A stretch of 64,000 nt of DNA from Catajapyx aquilonaris (taxonomy: Eukaryota): contig KZ538262.1 in assembly GCA_000934665.2 (NCBI GenBank), positions 1-64,000 of the forward strand, written 5' to 3'. Every line of letters starts with the position of its first letter. Position 1 is the first letter of the stretch. The notes beneath the pieces were generated by a model. The model was not told the origin of the DNA. It ran no database searches and was given only the letters and a program-made list of their open reading frames with translations. Shown here piece after piece: positions 62,601 to 64,000 of this stretch. Both the position numbers and the translations under genes were made by a program.

Positions 62601-64000
62601 TTCTACAAGAACCTGCTTCAATTTTTTTTTTACCCCCCCTCCCATTCTCCTCAGTACACGAATGTTTTGCATTGACACCTGGCGAAGATGGCAGGAAGCT
62701 CCTGGCACTGGAAACCCATAGGTCCACATCACCTCAAAACAGGCTCCAGTCTAGAGTAAAAGTCACCTGGCAGCATCTCTGGGATCCAGGTGAAAGCAAA
62801 CTGAAAACGTGCAATCTCCATCCAACCCCCCTGGAGGGAAAGTCCACCTTCACTCTCGCTTCTTTCCCCTCCTCCACCTTTCTTCTTCTTTTTCCCCCCC
62901 ATATCTTCCCTATCCTGTTCTGCACCGAGGATGAGGAAAAAGTGGCGCAACGAGACTCCAACTCTAAATAAACCCTGAAAATTACAAGGTGCGAGCCGTT
63001 GTGGAACCACGCAGGGATGACTTTTTCCGCAAGAACAAGATGGTCCACTTCACCTCATCCTCTACCACCGCAGGGTTGTAAGGACCCACTGTTCCGAACT
63101 GGTAGACATGGAAATAACCTCCTCTGGGACTCTTGCCGATTTTTGCACAACCCAGCCGTACAAATTCCGACCGAATCGAAACTGACCTAGGGAGGAATAG
63201 GTTTTACTGATAGATATCCCTCGCCGGTTACCCTTGACTTAACTGTGTTCTAGATAAACAATGTAGTGCACTAGGCTGAATTGGTGCGATCTGACCAAAC
63301 TTAGCAAGGACGACAAGTCTTGTGTCAACACGATTAGTTTGTTTTTTTTCTTTGGTCGCCTCCTAACCTTTGATCAGAAAGTTTAGCTGCCGTCACAAAC
63401 ATGCGATGTACACAACAAATTGGCGACATACATTTTCGCCAAACAATTATGGCGCCAATAAAAATTCTTTCTATTTAAGACGCCTTTTCACTAACCAGTG
63501 TCAAGCAACTTCTGTGGTTAGAGAAATTGGCCTAGAAATTGAGGAAAACGGCTACGATTTTTCTATACGTTGCTGAAGCAACGTAAAGCATCAACCTAAC
63601 CCATTGAAGGTCGCTCGCTAATTACCGATTCCATTTCAGAGATTCCACGGCATTTAACTACCGGTTGGTGTCAGCGTAACAACCAGAAATTACACCTGCG
63701 CCTAATTAAGCGCAATTATCCGGTTCCTCCCAGTACATAAAAAAAGAGCAGCTACCACAATACCTAGTTCTGAGAGCATATTTTAGGTGCTCCGAAAAGG
63801 AAATAAACGCTCACGGAGTAGAGTGCAATGCCTCTTGAATGGGTACGACCCTACCCTTACCTATAGTAAATTCACATGCCCCTTTTTTTGTGTGTGCCCC
63901 TGGTCCCCCCCCAACTCCTACCTCCCCCTTACTTTATAAGTAGCAGCGAACTACCTGCCCCGAGGCACAGGTAGAAAAATGGCAACCAGGTTGAAGTTTC

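Overview
Intron-containing arthropod genomic DNA; the EcR sequence suggests a basal hexapod or other pancrustacean, which is an inference. There are four protein-coding genes, all on the minus strand: a catalytically dead serine-protease homolog (~11.1-12.5 kb), the splicing factor Prp40 (24.4-29.0 kb), a bestrophin chloride channel (29.8-37.0 kb) and the ecdysone receptor EcR (54.4-59.4 kb, 5' isoform-specific exon not confidently found). A tRNA-Asp(GTC) lies at 38.1 kb. From 38.5 to 47.8 kb there is a transposon nest: a piggyBac-type MITE, then an 8.4-kb hAT element carrying an ACCCATAT satellite, which contains a second hAT element, which contains a mariner relic, which contains a ~1.9-kb foldback and tRNA-derived sequences. 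The most notable signal is in EcR. The exon for the helix-3/4 region of the ligand-binding domain is tandemly duplicated (56300-56452 and 56019-56168). Both copies are intact, differ mostly at synonymous sites, and have AG-free upstream introns with distant pyrimidine tracts. This points to sterically enforced mutually exclusive splicing that yields two receptor LBD variants. Candidate ecdysone-response elements also cluster in the EcR upstream intron.
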